DNA of 64,000 bases. Source: Vicugna vicugna (lineage: Eukaryota). A program made the translations under genes and the position numbers. Below, piece after piece: positions 1 through 12,234 of the stretch. The stretch's first letter is position 1. The number at the start of each line of letters is the position of its first letter. Below the pieces are notes generated by a model. That model had not been told where the DNA came from and searched no databases. It saw nothing but the letters and a program-made list of their open reading frames with translations. The stretch is from the NCBI GenBank assembly GCA_013265495.1, contig MU058384.1:3829239-3893238 (forward strand), in the 5' to 3' direction.

Positions 1-86
1 GACCCTAGTTTTGTGTTCCACCATTTCACATTACATAGGCACACAGCCTCATATCCCCAATGGGCATTAAGACCAAAGTCCAAGAT

Positions 87-290
87 AAGGAATTGGTGAA
101 CTATAGCCCAGGGACCAAATCCTGCTCACCTCTTCTCTTGGTAGATAAAGTCTTATTGGAACACAGCCACGCCCATTTGCTTATAAATTGACTGGGCCTT
201 TGACAATGGCAGAGTTGAGTCACTGCCACAGAAATCGTATGGCCCACAAATCTAAAAATATTCTTTATAGAAGGTGTTTGCCAGTCTCTG
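87..290 (+). mobile_element. MER58A-like hAT-Charlie DNA transposon remnant
   Basis: taaagtcttattggaacacagccacgcccatt...ggcagagttgagt...gtatggcccacaaa matches the recalled MER58A consensus. Confidence 0.8.
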
Positions 291-402
291 GCCTAGATTA
301 GTAAGACTGAAAGCTCTGCCCTCATCCCCACCCCTTGGGCTGCAGGACATGAGTTCTTGTGATTATCCCTTTTGTGTTCCTTTTCTCTTTATTTCTAGCT
401 CC

Positions 403-429
403 TTTTTTTTTTTTTTTTTTTTTTTTTTT
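403..429. repeat. poly(T)27
   Basis: Counted directly. Confidence 0.95.
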
Positions 430-499
430 CAAATTTTTGGCAGGAAAGTTTTCACATGCCTAGCCTACCATATTGCCCAAACCAGAAGTCCTTCTACTG

Positions 500-1110
500 T
501 CTTTGGATAGTAATGTATTCTTCTTTTTTTGAATTTTCTTGACCCTTTAACTTGATCATGTAAAAATTTCTTTGTTTTCTAATGCAATTCTTTAAGGCCA
601 TGAAGTTTTCATCTACATAATTCTATGTCTGTCGTATTTGATATGTTATGCTCTCTTTGTCATTCTTTTCAACTATTTTGTAATTCCCAGGATCATTTCC
701 TTTTTAATCCATTGATCATTTTAAACTGCAATAGTCAGTTTTCAAATATATTTTTGACTATCTTATTTTTAGTATCTTGTGGTCAAAGATCATGGTCTTT
801 ATAATATCTATTCCTTGATATTTGTTGAAATTTCCTTTGTGGCTTAATATGTGACCAATTATTACATATTTTTCATTTATGCAGGAAAGGAATTTATGTC
901 TGGGTACAGGGTTCTCTCTGTGTATGTTATACCAAACTTGTTATTTGTGCCATTAGGGTCTCTATTTTGAATTTGTTGCTAGATAGATCAGTTTCTAAAA
1001 GAGTTCTGTTAAAACCTATTGTGGTTTATATTTGTCTGTCTGTCTTTGTAATTTTATCAGCTTTCTATATTTGAAGGCTATGTTGTTAGTGAGTGTAAAA
1101 ATTTATGATT
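500..1110 (-). mobile_element. Old degraded L1 fragment
   Basis: T-rich, with antisense-L1-like phrases (tgatatttgttgaaatttcctttgtggcttaatatgtg; tattgtggtttatatttgtctgtc). Confidence 0.5.
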
Positions 1111-1508
1111 GTTACCCTCCTTTGGGTTATTTACTGGCCTTAATGTTAAATTTCCTGGTTTATGAATGTTACAAATCAGGTTTTTTTAAATGGCTAACTC
1201 AAACCCTTCTGTGAGTTAAATGTAGCCATGGGCTTACAGCTTTATACCCCAGCAAAATGTAGACAAAAGAATGAACTTGTTCTGATGTTCCCTTCTGCTG
1301 GTCTTAGTTTTACATTGGGTTTCTATAGAGACATGTCTTGATCATTTGATGACCCTGAATCCTGTAGTTCAAGTCCATGACAAAAGATATGCTTTTGTGT
1401 TTGTTGCCTCTGAGAAGGTCCCTCCCAAATGTCACTATACCCCTTTCATCTTGATCCAGTTTTCCATATTCGACTGGCATGCTTTGACAGTTTGGGGGTT
1501 TAAAGGTG

Positions 1509-1552
1509 TACATCAAAATGAAATTTTTTTTTACATCAAAAATGAAATTTTT
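1509..1552. repeat. ~23-bp tandem duplication (tacatcaaaatgaaattttt x2)
   Basis: Seen directly; the copies differ in homopolymer lengths. Confidence 0.85.
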
Positions 1553-2098
1553 CTTCCATTTTTCAAAGTGTTTTTTAATCTTGGGGAATTGGGAATTGGG
1601 GCTGAAGTACAAATAATCCTTGCTTTACTATTGTCAACTTGTAAGACCTCAAAATATTCTTCTTACCCAAAGGCTTTCGGTGGTTTTATTCTCCTGACAG
1701 AGTGTGAAATACTTTCATAGTACCAAAAGCAGAAAACCAAAAGTTTAATTAGATGTGATATATTGATAGACATTGATGCTAATCATACTCATCTCCAGAA
1801 TCAATGGAAAACAGGGTTCAGTGGGTCAAAGAAACTAAGTGGGCTTTTGGAGGAGCACTTTGGTGAATTTAAATACATAGTTCCCACTGTATTCATAACA
1901 GTTGTGAGAACATGAACAGACAATGCTTTAGGGTCAGTCTATTTTTTTGTTCTTGAAACTGTTTCTTAGAATTTAGTCTTATTGTTTCCCTGATAAAGCC
2001 ACTTGACTAAATAAGGAAAAATGCTTTTGGAAAAAGTTGACGTTTAAAATGTGGACTCCAACTAATATTTCCATCTTCTCCCATTTTTCCTTTCGTAG

Positions 2099-2232
2099 TA
2101 TGACTATGAATATGATGAAAATGGTGACAGAGTCGTTTTAGGAAAAGGCACTTACGGGATAGTTTATGCTGGTCGAGATCTGAGCAACCAAGTCAGAATC
2201 GCCATTAAGGAGATCCCAGAGAGAGATAGCAG
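2099..2232 (+). CDS. MAP3K5: MAP3K5/ASK1 coding exon (equivalent to human exon 15): kinase Gly-rich loop and catalytic Lys
   Basis: Acceptor tttcgtag|, donor AG|gtacag. Translates [44 protein letters not shown](R), with GxGxxG and AIK motifs; recognised as ASK1. Confidence 0.97.
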
Positions 2233-2559
2233 GTACAGTAATCGTGGTTCATGACAGCTGTTTTCTAAGATATTTGGGTTGTTAATAGCATTTAAAAATA
2301 TTTTGGTGGTCTAATTAATGAAACTCTGAAAACTCTACTGCTTTAATTAGCTCCCTTTGAGGTTTAGCTGCTGCATCATTCAGTGAGTCAGTACAAGACT
2401 GGTGAGGAAGGATGGCATCTCCGAGGCAACCAGGACAGGACGTTCAAAGAACAGAGAAGAGAATGGCCCTTGTGTGTCGGGATCAGGTTATGTTGGATAA
2501 TGGCTGGTTTACTATACAGATAGATGAGGAATAATCACCATCAGAAATGGTTTGAACCA

Positions 2560-3625
2560 GAGGTTCCAGCATGTAAGGAGAATTAGTAATCATCACTCAT
2601 CCTAAACTACAAGGAGAAAACTGAACAAAATGAAAAATCAGCTACATTTCTTGGAGCTGTCAGAAAAGTGATGTCACAGGACAAACCAATGCCCCCCAAA
2701 TTGGAGACCATCATAAGACAGTCCCACTACTTTTGCAAGTTTTGCCTCCAGGAGCTCTATCAGGTCCTCACAAAGAAAATCTGTGAAAATCTCCCTCTCC
2801 CAGGCTTCCTGCAGGGGTCGGGGAAAATAACCATTTTGAAATCTACCTGAGTGTTCTGTTTTTAACAAAGCCTGCCCTCAAGGGAAACTATTTTACCAGA
2901 GCCTAAACTCTGTGTCATTTTAACCTAACCAACCTGGGGAAAGAGAAATGCCCAACTGCAGCCCACTCTAGCCATCCTGTCCCATCTAAGTGGGGACTGA
3001 GAAACATTTGTGAAGTTCACAGCCCAGTGGCACAGGCTCACTAAAAGACAGAGACTAATTCACAAAACCATAGCACAAGGCTTCCCTCCCCCTACACCTC
3101 GCCACCACACCACTAAAGGTTTATTCAAAAGAGTTCCTTTTACTGAATATATCAGGTCCAGCTTCCCACCAAAAATGACAAAGCACACTGAAAGGCAAAA
3201 AACACAGTTTGAAGAGACAGAGCAAGCATTAGAACCAGACTCAGATATGACAGGGATGTTGTTAACTATCAGACTGGGATTTTCAAACAACTGTGATGAA
3301 TATGCTAAGAGCTCTAATGGAAAAAGTAGACAACCTACAAGAACAGATGTCAGTGTAAGTGGGGAGATGGAAATTCTAAGAAAGAATCAAAAAGCAATGC
3401 TAGATGTGGAAAATACTGTAATAGAAACAAAGGTTGCCTTTGACGGGTTGGACACGCCTCAACCTCTGAGCTTGCAGATATGTCGATAGAAACTTCCAGA
3501 AGACAAGTAAAGAGAAAAAAAGCTGAAAAAGAAAATTCAAGAACTGTAGGACAATGACAGAAGTTGCAACATACCTTGTGGGAATACTAGAAGGAAAAGG
3601 GAGGGAGAAGAACAGAAGTATTTGA
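2560..3625 (+). mobile_element. Ancient L1 (L1MC-type) 5' UTR/ORF1 remnant
   Basis: gagcaagcattagaaccagactcagatatgacagggatgtt...gagatggaaattctaagaaagaatcaaaaagcaatgctaga is typical of old L1 ORF1 5' regions. Confidence 0.75.
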
Positions 3626-4074
3626 GGACATGGTTTGAACCACACAAAGTAGGGCTCTCTGCTCTAGTGCTCTGTCCTATCCTTTCTTCTCCAAGCAACA
3701 ATTCTTTCTTAATCTTATGATTTCTGCTGCCTCAAAGCTTCTCTTACGTGTTCTCTTCATAAAATAGTTGCTCTTACAATCCATTAGACAGAATTTCTAT
3801 GTGTTGCAGATTCAATCTCTGAAAGAAAGAGGATTGGATTGAGTTTCTTATTATAATATTTCTCTCTTTTTTTAAAACAATCTTTCTTATTTGGCCAAAC
3901 TTTAATGTTGAGCTGCATCACAGACACATTTTAGCTGCCCCTCCACTCTACACTTTTTGGCCATGATGATAGGGTCACATAATCAGCTTTCTTAGAAAGG
4001 ACACTCCCCTGAGCTACCTGGATTTACCCAGCTTCTTCACCTGTAAATATAAAAGGCACCTCAAGGTTAACATG

Positions 4075-4365
4075 ACCTTGTTAAAAAGACCACAAATAAT
4101 AAATGCTGGAGAGGGTTTAGTGAAAAGGAGACCCTCCTACGCTGTTGGTGGGAATGTAATTTGGTACAGCCAATATGGAAACCAGTAAGGAGACTCCTTA
4201 AAAAACTAAAAATAGTTACCCTATGATCCAGCAATCCCACCCCTGGGCATATATCCAGAGAAAACTCCCATTTGTAAAGACTCATGCACCCCAGTGTTCA
4301 TAGCACTGTTTGCAATAGCCAAGACATGGAAGCAACGCAAATGTCCATCAACAGATGATTGGATA
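4075..4365 (+). mobile_element. Internal L1 ORF2 3' fragment with a TSD and no tail
   Basis: aaatgctggagaggg...tgttggtgggaatgtaa...tatgatccagcaatcccac...aatagccaagacatggaagcaac...tggataaag, flanked by AAGGTTAACATG at 4063-4074 and 4366-4377. Confidence 0.85.
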
Positions 4366-4990
4366 AAGGTTAACATGGCCAAAACTGAACTGTGGATTTT
4401 TACTTGCAAATGTACTCGACCTGCGGTATTCCCTATCTCTCAGTTCATCTCACCCCATCCATCCAGCTGTTCAGACTACCAGGATTCATTTGGATTTCTC
4501 TCTGTTTCACTCTATGTTACTCCATCATAAGTCCTACTGTTGTCTCAACCTCTAATTCTGAATCTTTCCACTCTGTCCCATCACCAGCCTAAGCCTTTGG
4601 GTCTCCCACCCAAAATCCTTACTGCAACTCCTTCATAACTAGTCTCTGCTTTCACTCTTTCCTCCACCTCAGCTCCTTCCTTTCTCAGAGAAGGCACAGA
4701 GATATTTTTCCAGTTGACATCACATCATGTCACTACTACTTAAAACCCTTCAATTGATTCTTATGTAACCAGCATAAAACCCAGAACCCTTAGTATAGAC
4801 ATCTGCCTCCCTCTGCGGCCTCACCTCCTCCACTGAAGCCCCACGCACCTCTCTTTCCTCCAGGCCCACCAAGGCTCTGTCCCCAGATTTCAGCAGGATT
4901 GCCTCATTTTCATCAGTTGGGTCCCAATTCAGTTCTCAAGCCCTCAGAGAGGCTTTCTCGGATTCCCTAACCTGAAAAAGACCCCCCTGT
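4366..4990 (+). mobile_element. L2 remnant (continues from ~4050, split by the L1 fragment)
   Basis: ggcacctcaa..taacatggccaaaactgaac, catcatgtcactactacttaaaacccttcaa and ctcagagaggctttct are L2-type phrases. Confidence 0.65.
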
Positions 4991-5039
4991 CAGCAATCAG
5001 TGTCCCAGACCTCAGCCTCTCCATCCTTGCTGCGTGACT

Positions 5040-5275
5040 TTGACAGGTGGCTGCTTTGCCTCCAGCCTCCGTATCGGCATTCCAGGCAGGAAGAGGAAAA
5101 AGGAAAACAAACGTCCTCAGAAATGTCCAGCATACTTTCACCTCTACCTCATTGGCCAAAAGTGACCACCCCTAACTGCAGGGACGGCTAGAAACTCAGC
5201 AGCTTTTAAGCTGACGAGTTGTTTCTCCAAACAACATCGCAGAAAGAGGGGAGAACAGATATTAAGTAGGCAAAC
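5040..5275 (-). mobile_element. MLT1 (ERVL-MaLR) LTR fragment
   Basis: cattccaggcaggaag...ctcattggcc...ccacccctaactgcaggga.ggctagaaa resembles the reverse strand of MLT1J/K. Confidence 0.55.
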
Positions 5276-6189
5276 AGCTTTTACTGTCTGCCTCATGTAT
5301 GGATTCAATTTTATGTGTTCTGTGATATTTTTGCCGAGTTTCCCCTTTGTTAATTCATGAGAGATATATGAATTCTTACCGAATGGTGATAGAAACTATT
5401 CATTAAATATCTAGGGTAATATATATAAATTTGTCATATTACAATTTTTGTTAAATATTCCTATAGGTTTTTAAGTAGTATATACACAGAGTAGATTTTT
5501 AAGCAATATAAAATTTTAAAAGAGTTGTCACTATCAAATTGCTGCAAACTCATTAATCTTTAGCAACATGCCCTCCCTTCCCACCACCAGATAAATTTAA
5601 GTAGGTACTTGGAAGAAAACCACTTTTAAAACCATCTTTGTAGCTCGAGTTTATTCAGCTGCCAGTGTGCACACACAGAGTACATGAACACCAACAAAGT
5701 ACCGTTTAGCATAATGTGGGCTGTTTGAAACCGACTTGCGTGACAAGTCCTTCTCTTGAACAGCTGGCGTGGGGCATCTTTTTGTGACCTATTAAAGAAG
5801 GTTACAGTGAAATACATCATATTATTGTGAGATACATCACACAAAGTTATTTCCATCTGTGTGCCCTGGAGAGGTTTCGAGGTTGCCTTTAAAAAGGGAG
5901 CGATTACAAAGGATAATTGCTAAGGCGGGAGGGTGATGTGAATAATGCATGATCCCACATACACCAAACACTGCTTTCTGTAGGGAAGGATCATAGCAAC
6001 AAAAACAGCGTCTTCTGTGTTTCCCTCACACTCTAAAAACACTTTTGTTAGCGCCTAAGAGCAAGCTGGTGGATTTTAAGGACACTCTCATAATCTACCC
6101 CGACTACTTGTTAACCTCAGGTTGGCTTCTTCCACTAACATTCTACACACCCCTGAACTGTTTTCACTTCAGTCAGGTATTTCCACTCA

Positions 6190-6340
6190 GCTATATATGA
6201 GAGCCATCTGAGAAACTTAAAAAAATACTCAGACCCTCTACCCCAAATTCTGGGTCATGGGTGGGTAGGTCATGGGCATAGATATTTTTAAAAATCCTTC
6301 TGGGAGATGCAAATTTCCAGCCAAGGTTGGGAACCACTGG
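6190..6340. mobile_element. MER5-family DNA transposon remnant
   Basis: Ends cagccaaggttgggaaccactg, a MER5 terminus. Confidence 0.6.
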
Positions 6341-8019
6341 TTTGCTTGGTTGTATCTGACTCAAGAGAGAGGCTCTGGAAACATGTATGATTTAATAATT
6401 TTTCAAAGCTAAATGCACGTAAGTATCTCTGATTATCTGTACCATTTCTTCTTTCCATTGTCAAAACTAATTGAGAAGAAATGGGATTTTCTTGTAATTC
6501 CCATAGACATGCTTAGCTTATGGACCTGAACAAATTATAATTTCATGCTTATTCAGTGCTTGGCACTTCTTTCACTTACTCTTAGAATTGCTGGGTGTTA
6601 CTAATCGTTTCCGTATTGGAGGAGAGTTCTTATTCTTAGCTAGGATGAATCCTGACTATCATTGTAACTTTTGAGCTATCCTTTGATTATGTAATGGGGG
6701 GGTTATACTTGTTTCTCCAGTATCTTACATTTAAACGTTTATGATTGATATTTAATAGAGGGTCAGGAGGTGGGAGCCCTTTAATTATCATAAACTGAAT
6801 TAGCCTCTTTAGATTATTTAGTCATCTTGATCTGTGAAATCTATAGATTTGGCCCGATATTGCCACTAGTTTATCTCATACATATCAAGAGCAATCTTAT
6901 TAACTAGCGTTAAAGAGTTTTAAACTCTGTGGAAAAAGCAGCGTGCAGATACCTTCATAGCAGAGAATTATGACCTAAGTATCTTGTTAGTAGCACTAGA
7001 TACTGGTGTTTCTTGTGTTATCTCATTCAAGCAATAATCAAATTGGTTTTGTTGTCTTTAACCAATATCTTGTTAAGGGGTTTAGTTTAATTACCAGCCT
7101 TTAGTTCCTAGAGCAATTCTAAAGAAAAATAAAATGAGTTAAAGGTCTAATATACAAGTCAATTTTTGTTGTTGTTGTTGTCAGCTTTCTGGTAATATTT
7201 CACAGATTATCAGTTTGTTTAAATTAAATGAATTTGGATTTTTGTAACCTACTAATTGCTTTAGCTTTATAGTCTATGCTGATAAGCTTTGTGAAAATAG
7301 TTTTATCCAGTACTAACTGATTCTAGTATTTGTTATTGGCACTCAAAAAAAAAAATCCATTCTGCTTATGTAGATACACCATCGTAAGATCTGACCATTT
7401 CTTGGGTGTAGGACTGAAGCAAATGATGAGGCATCAGGCTTGTATTTTATGTTTTAGTGGTTAGTGCCTTTCACACCTGTAGCCTCCATTATATAACAGA
7501 AAAAAAAAACTAGGGAATAGCTTTGAGTATCTGTTTATGTTTATCATTGCTGACACCCTACCATAGTTATTTATACAATAATTATATTAATATAACATAT
7601 AGTAATATATTACTCTAATATTTAGGATTGTTAAGAGCCTACAAGCTTTATAATACTTCAGATAATCATCGAAAGTGTTGTTCTGTCTCTTCCAGATATA
7701 TCAAATACTTTCATCTTATAATTTGATAAAGCAACATATACTGAGTACATGATTTTGAAGTCTGGCTTAAAGCTGGTCTTTCAGTATGGAGGCTTGGTTA
7801 GGATTTGAGATAATAGAATTGGTTAGAATAGAATTAAGGAAACTCAGCATATAAATGATTTTATGTTTTCTATTGAAGAGTTCTATTGAAGTTGGTAGGC
7901 CCTTCAGTAAGTTCCAAAATGAAAATTAAAATTATTTGCAATTTTTATCTTCCTGGGAAAGAATCTCCTGGAATGATAAAGTAATGTTATGAAGCCAGTG
8001 GAACAGAAAGTCACGTTAA

Positions 8020-8235
8020 TGTGGACAGTGAGCTGTGCGGATGATTTCAGTTTTCCTGGATTCAAATCTTAGCTCTGTCACTTACTAGCTTTGAGATCCT
8101 GGGAGGATTAGTCATCCTGTCTGTGAATCAATCTCCTTATCTGTAAAATGAGCACCTTAGTAGTACCTTCCCATGGGGTTGTTGTGAGGAGTGAGTTAAT
8201 GTATACAAAAGGCCCAGAACAGTACCTGACACGGT
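8020..8235 (+). mobile_element. MIR SINE
   Basis: cctggattcaaatcttagctctgtcacttactagct...ctccttatctgtaaaatg...gggttgttgtgagga. Confidence 0.8.
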
Positions 8236-8425
8236 TCCCCTCAGACCTTACCATGGCTCCAACTTCACAGAATTTCTGTGATGAGAAATAAAGACCTTAG
8301 ATGGTCGTGTTTGATTTTATACATACGGGCATATGTTTAGCTGGCATTTTCAGTTCGTATTGCCTAAATGTGTACGTGAAAGTCTGGCTATGTAATTAGC
8401 TCACTGGTATCTGCATGTCCTTTAG

Positions 8426-8553
8426 ATACTCCCAGCCCCTACATGAAGAAATAGCATTGCACAAGCATCTCAAGCACAAAAATATTGTCCAGTATCTGGG
8501 CTCCTTCAGTGAGAATGGTTTCATTAAAATCTTCATGGAGCAGGTCCCAGGAG
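8426..8553 (+). CDS. MAP3K5: MAP3K5 exon (~16): alphaC helix to hinge
   Basis: cctttag| ... G|gtaaga. Translates [42 protein letters not shown]; phase fits the previous exon. Confidence 0.97.
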
Positions 8554-8591
8554 GTAAGAGGTTTTCTTCCTTTTAAAAATACAAGTTTCTA

Positions 8592-8775
8592 CTAAGTACA
8601 AACAAATAAACTACAAGGATATATAGTACAACACAGGGAATGTAGCCAATGTTTTATAATAACTATAAATGGAATATAACCTTTAAAAACTATGAATCAC
8701 TATGTTGTATTCCTGAAACTTATATAATATTGTACATCCACTATACCTCAATAAAGAAATAAAATAAAAATATAA
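8592..8775 (+). mobile_element. 5'-truncated L1 3' end with poly(A) signal and tail
   Basis: caaggatatatagtacaacacagggaatgtagccaat...gaatcactatgttgtattcctgaaact...tgtacatccactatacctcaataaa followed by an A-rich tail. Confidence 0.8.
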
Positions 8776-9204
8776 ATTGTAGGAAAACTTCAAAAAAATA
8801 CTTTAAAAATGTGTGTTTCTAGAGCCTTGAGGAGTAAAATTGAATAGGATGTACAAATTTATAGTTCTTAATTTCTTTAAATTAAAAGAAAAATTAGACA
8901 TGTGATGTTACCTTACAGTTTATTAGGGGACAATAAATAAATATCAGAACTATTTTAGTGTCAGTCATCATGACTTGGATTCAGGTTAGCATTTGATTGG
9001 CCCTTTACTTCGACTGTATTTGATAATGACCATCTTCAGAACTGGGACACTTTCCTATTGATATCTGAGCCCAAGTGCAGAGTACAGTACCCAGGCCACC
9101 GTGAATAACCAACAAATATTAGTTTACATTAATGTTACATCATTAATGTGCCGTGAAGAACTCATTTGGATAAGATTTTATCCACTGTTCCTCCCTACTT
9201 GCAG

Positions 9205-9341
9205 GAAGTCTTTCTGCTCTTCTTCGGTCCAAATGGGGCCCGCTGAAGGACAACGAGCAAACCATTGGCTTTTATACAAAGCAGATACTGGAAGGATTAA
9301 AATACCTCCATGACAATCAGATAGTTCACCGGGATATAAAG
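9205..9341 (+). CDS. MAP3K5: MAP3K5 exon (~17): up to the HRD catalytic loop
   Basis: ttgcag| ... AAG|gtagga. Translates (G)[45 protein letters not shown]. Confidence 0.97.
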
Positions 9342-10304
9342 GTAGGATGCAATAGGATTCGGTTTCCTAAGTTCCTTGATGGGTAATTGTTTTATTTGCA
9401 AAAGTCATGTCGTGTTATAGGTATTAATTTGAAATGATAAATAAATAAATTGTAGAAACAGCAGAAATATATCACTCTGCCCTTGAATCAGTTATTCAAG
9501 TCTTGTCTCTTCTACTCAAGGAATAAACTCCTTAACCATGTTCAACCAACAAAGACTGAGTTTCCACCACATGTCTGGCACAGTTTTACGTGCTCTGTGG
9601 GGCTGGTGGCTCAGCAGAACAAAATTAAACAGGAGATGGTCCCTGCTTCTGAGGCTCTCACAGGCTGGTTGACCTTTAAATCCTTGCCGGTAGTAGCTAG
9701 TCGGTAAATATTTGTTGAATTAATGGGTGAATAGTTACAAGGAAAAAAAAAATCCCCACATCTCACAAGTATCATACACTCATGAGTTGAACTAAAATTA
9801 GATAATTTACCAAATTCTCTTTAAAAAGAGACTATTCAGAACTGATAAATTTATGACAAAGTCTGGACTATATTGAAAGCAAGTTCATATGACTTCCCTA
9901 AAACCAACCCAAATACCCATTTATTTGTGCTGTCCCTAAATATTCCTGGAAAAGAAATAAAATAACATAGAAAAGAAAGTAAAGTGACTTGGAAGTTGTA
10001 AGTATCATAATTTAACTCATCATACCTGTATCAAACACAGACAGCTCCTACATTCTGTAACCCACAGCAAGCTCTAAGTAGGAACCACGTTTGACCTTGT
10101 GACCTGAGTAGCAGCTTGTGAACTGATAACATATAAATAAAAATGGTGTCAAGAATTCACTATTGAGAGTAACTGTTAATAAAGAGGACAAAATTTGTGT
10201 CCTTGTTTGCTGTAAGGACACCTTTTCTTATTGGACTTTCAAGGCAACAGCAAGCAGTGTTAGAAGAAAGATAACATTTGTGATTAAAACTCTCTCTTTT
10301 CTAG

Positions 10305-10410
10305 GGTGACAATGTGTTGATTAATACCTACAGTGGTGTCCTCAAGATCTCTGACTTCGGGACATCAAAGAGACTCGCTGGCATAAATCCATGTACTGAA
10401 ACTTTTACTG
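10305..10410 (+). CDS. MAP3K5: MAP3K5 exon (~18): DFG motif and activation loop
   Basis: ttttctag| ... G|gtatgt. Translates [35 protein letters not shown]. Confidence 0.97.
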
Positions 10411-12109
10411 GTATGTTTTTGCAATGGTGATACAGATCTTATGTAATTAAAGCAATAATTTCTGCGTTTGAGCATAACATGAGAGGTAAATTTAGTCTGT
10501 GTTCTCACAGATATTAATGCTGATATCTTTTGATGCTCACTGAAAAATGTTATACACAATGTGATCTGGCCCCTTTCTTACCTTGTGTTTACATGACTTG
10601 CTCAGTTTCCTGCTTAATGCTACTGAAGATTTTTTTTTAACTCTCAATTTGTTATTGATTTTTCTTTTCATGTCATTACTTCTCTCCTGGTTGGTCTACA
10701 ACCACTGTAATCCTGACAAGATTTATTTTTTTAACATTTCTTTGGCCCAGCCTCTCTCAGATCCTTACTCACACCTTAATCATTTCCCATTTGGACTCTG
10801 AGTTCCCTCTTTCCTAATCTGTTTACTCCCTGTGGTTTCTTCTCCTACTCACAACATAAATAACTGTAAGATTTCGATTCAGAAAAAGGAAGTGACTCAC
10901 TCACTCAAAAGTGGGGTGGGGAGAAAGCCTTCCTGAAAAATTAGGCAATGCAGCCACTGAGCTGCCTCTGGAGCAGAATCCTGCGAGGGTGGAGACAAAG
11001 TGACTTCCAGAAAGGTAGCAGTAGCCAAGAGGAGACTGAGGCTTGGAGAGATTAACGACAGCCCAACAGTTATAGGGAAGGCGTCTGGAACGTCAACCCT
11101 GCTCTCCACCCCATTCTGCTGATTCTCATGAAGTGTTATGTTCTTGTTATCATCATCAGAGAGAGATTTAGTCAAAAAAAGAAAAAGGGATAATGAATAA
11201 TCTTTGATCTAATATAAAGCAAAATGGTCAGATGCCACCATTTCTGAATTCTGTGAGGCAGGTGGCAGTATGAGGATTTTGCAGATGAGGAGATTGAGCG
11301 AGAGAAGATACCAGAGCCATGAGTTACAAGGGTTTGTTAACAAGAGAACTCAAGAGAATCTGAGTTAATCTTCCCTTCGCTCTTTGCTTTGATCTTCTTG
11401 CTCCAGTCCATCTTTCTCTCCACCTTGCTGAAGTATCTATTCTGGAACCCTGGAAAGGGGAAAGGAGGAAAGAGAAATTCTCTAAGTTTTCTCCTCAGAA
11501 CATTCAGTCAGCAACGTCACTGACCCAATTCCTACTCTCACGGCAGTGGGTATTTCAGGGCACAGAGTTAAACACATTTAGAATATATTTTTTGAACAAA
11601 ATTAATCCTATCCTTTTAGAAATTCCATCTTTTTAGTAACTTTAAATATCCTTACATTTCTTTTCCTCATACTCCCTCCATTTGGCAATAGACACTTTAG
11701 ATGCTGCCAAGATTCAGTAACTTCCTGAGAGGAAAATCCTTACGTTCAGACACTTTATTTGGCAAGATGTTAATATCTTTTGCTTATCTTGAAAACATTT
11801 TTTTTAATCCCCAGAGAAATTGTAGTAAAGCAGTCCTCCCAGAATCCTTTGCTTGTACTTCTCACACTGGCCTCACATGATGTGACCTGAGTGACACGTA
11901 TGGGTGGGTCTGTCTCCAGCGCCGATCACAAGAGCCTGGGTGTGCAGGCCTCACAGCATGAGTTCAATGCTGGCCAAGTCACAGGTGTGGTGACCTCTGA
12001 TGAACTGAGTTGAAAGACACTGACCTGTTTGACTTCTTGGTGACTTGGGGAGAGGGAAGATGGCAGTGACATGTTATTTCATTGAAATTCATATATCAAC
12101 CCTAGTCCT

Positions 12110-12225
12110 TAGGTATTATTATCCCAGTGTATAGTGAGAAAATTAAGGTTCAAAGAGGTTAATAACTTGCTTGAGGTCACAAAGCTTGTAAGTGAAAGAG
12201 CTACAGTTCAAACTAGACTTAACAC
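12110..12225 (-). mobile_element. MIR fragment
   Basis: ggtattattatccc...gagaaaattaaggttcaaagaggttaataacttgcttgaggtcaca. Confidence 0.7.
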
Positions 12226-12234
12226 GCCAAGTAG

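Noticed and set aside
3010..3489. 159-aa ORF
   Set aside because: Lies within a decayed L1 5' UTR/ORF1 remnant, starts at GTG, and has no support as an independent gene.
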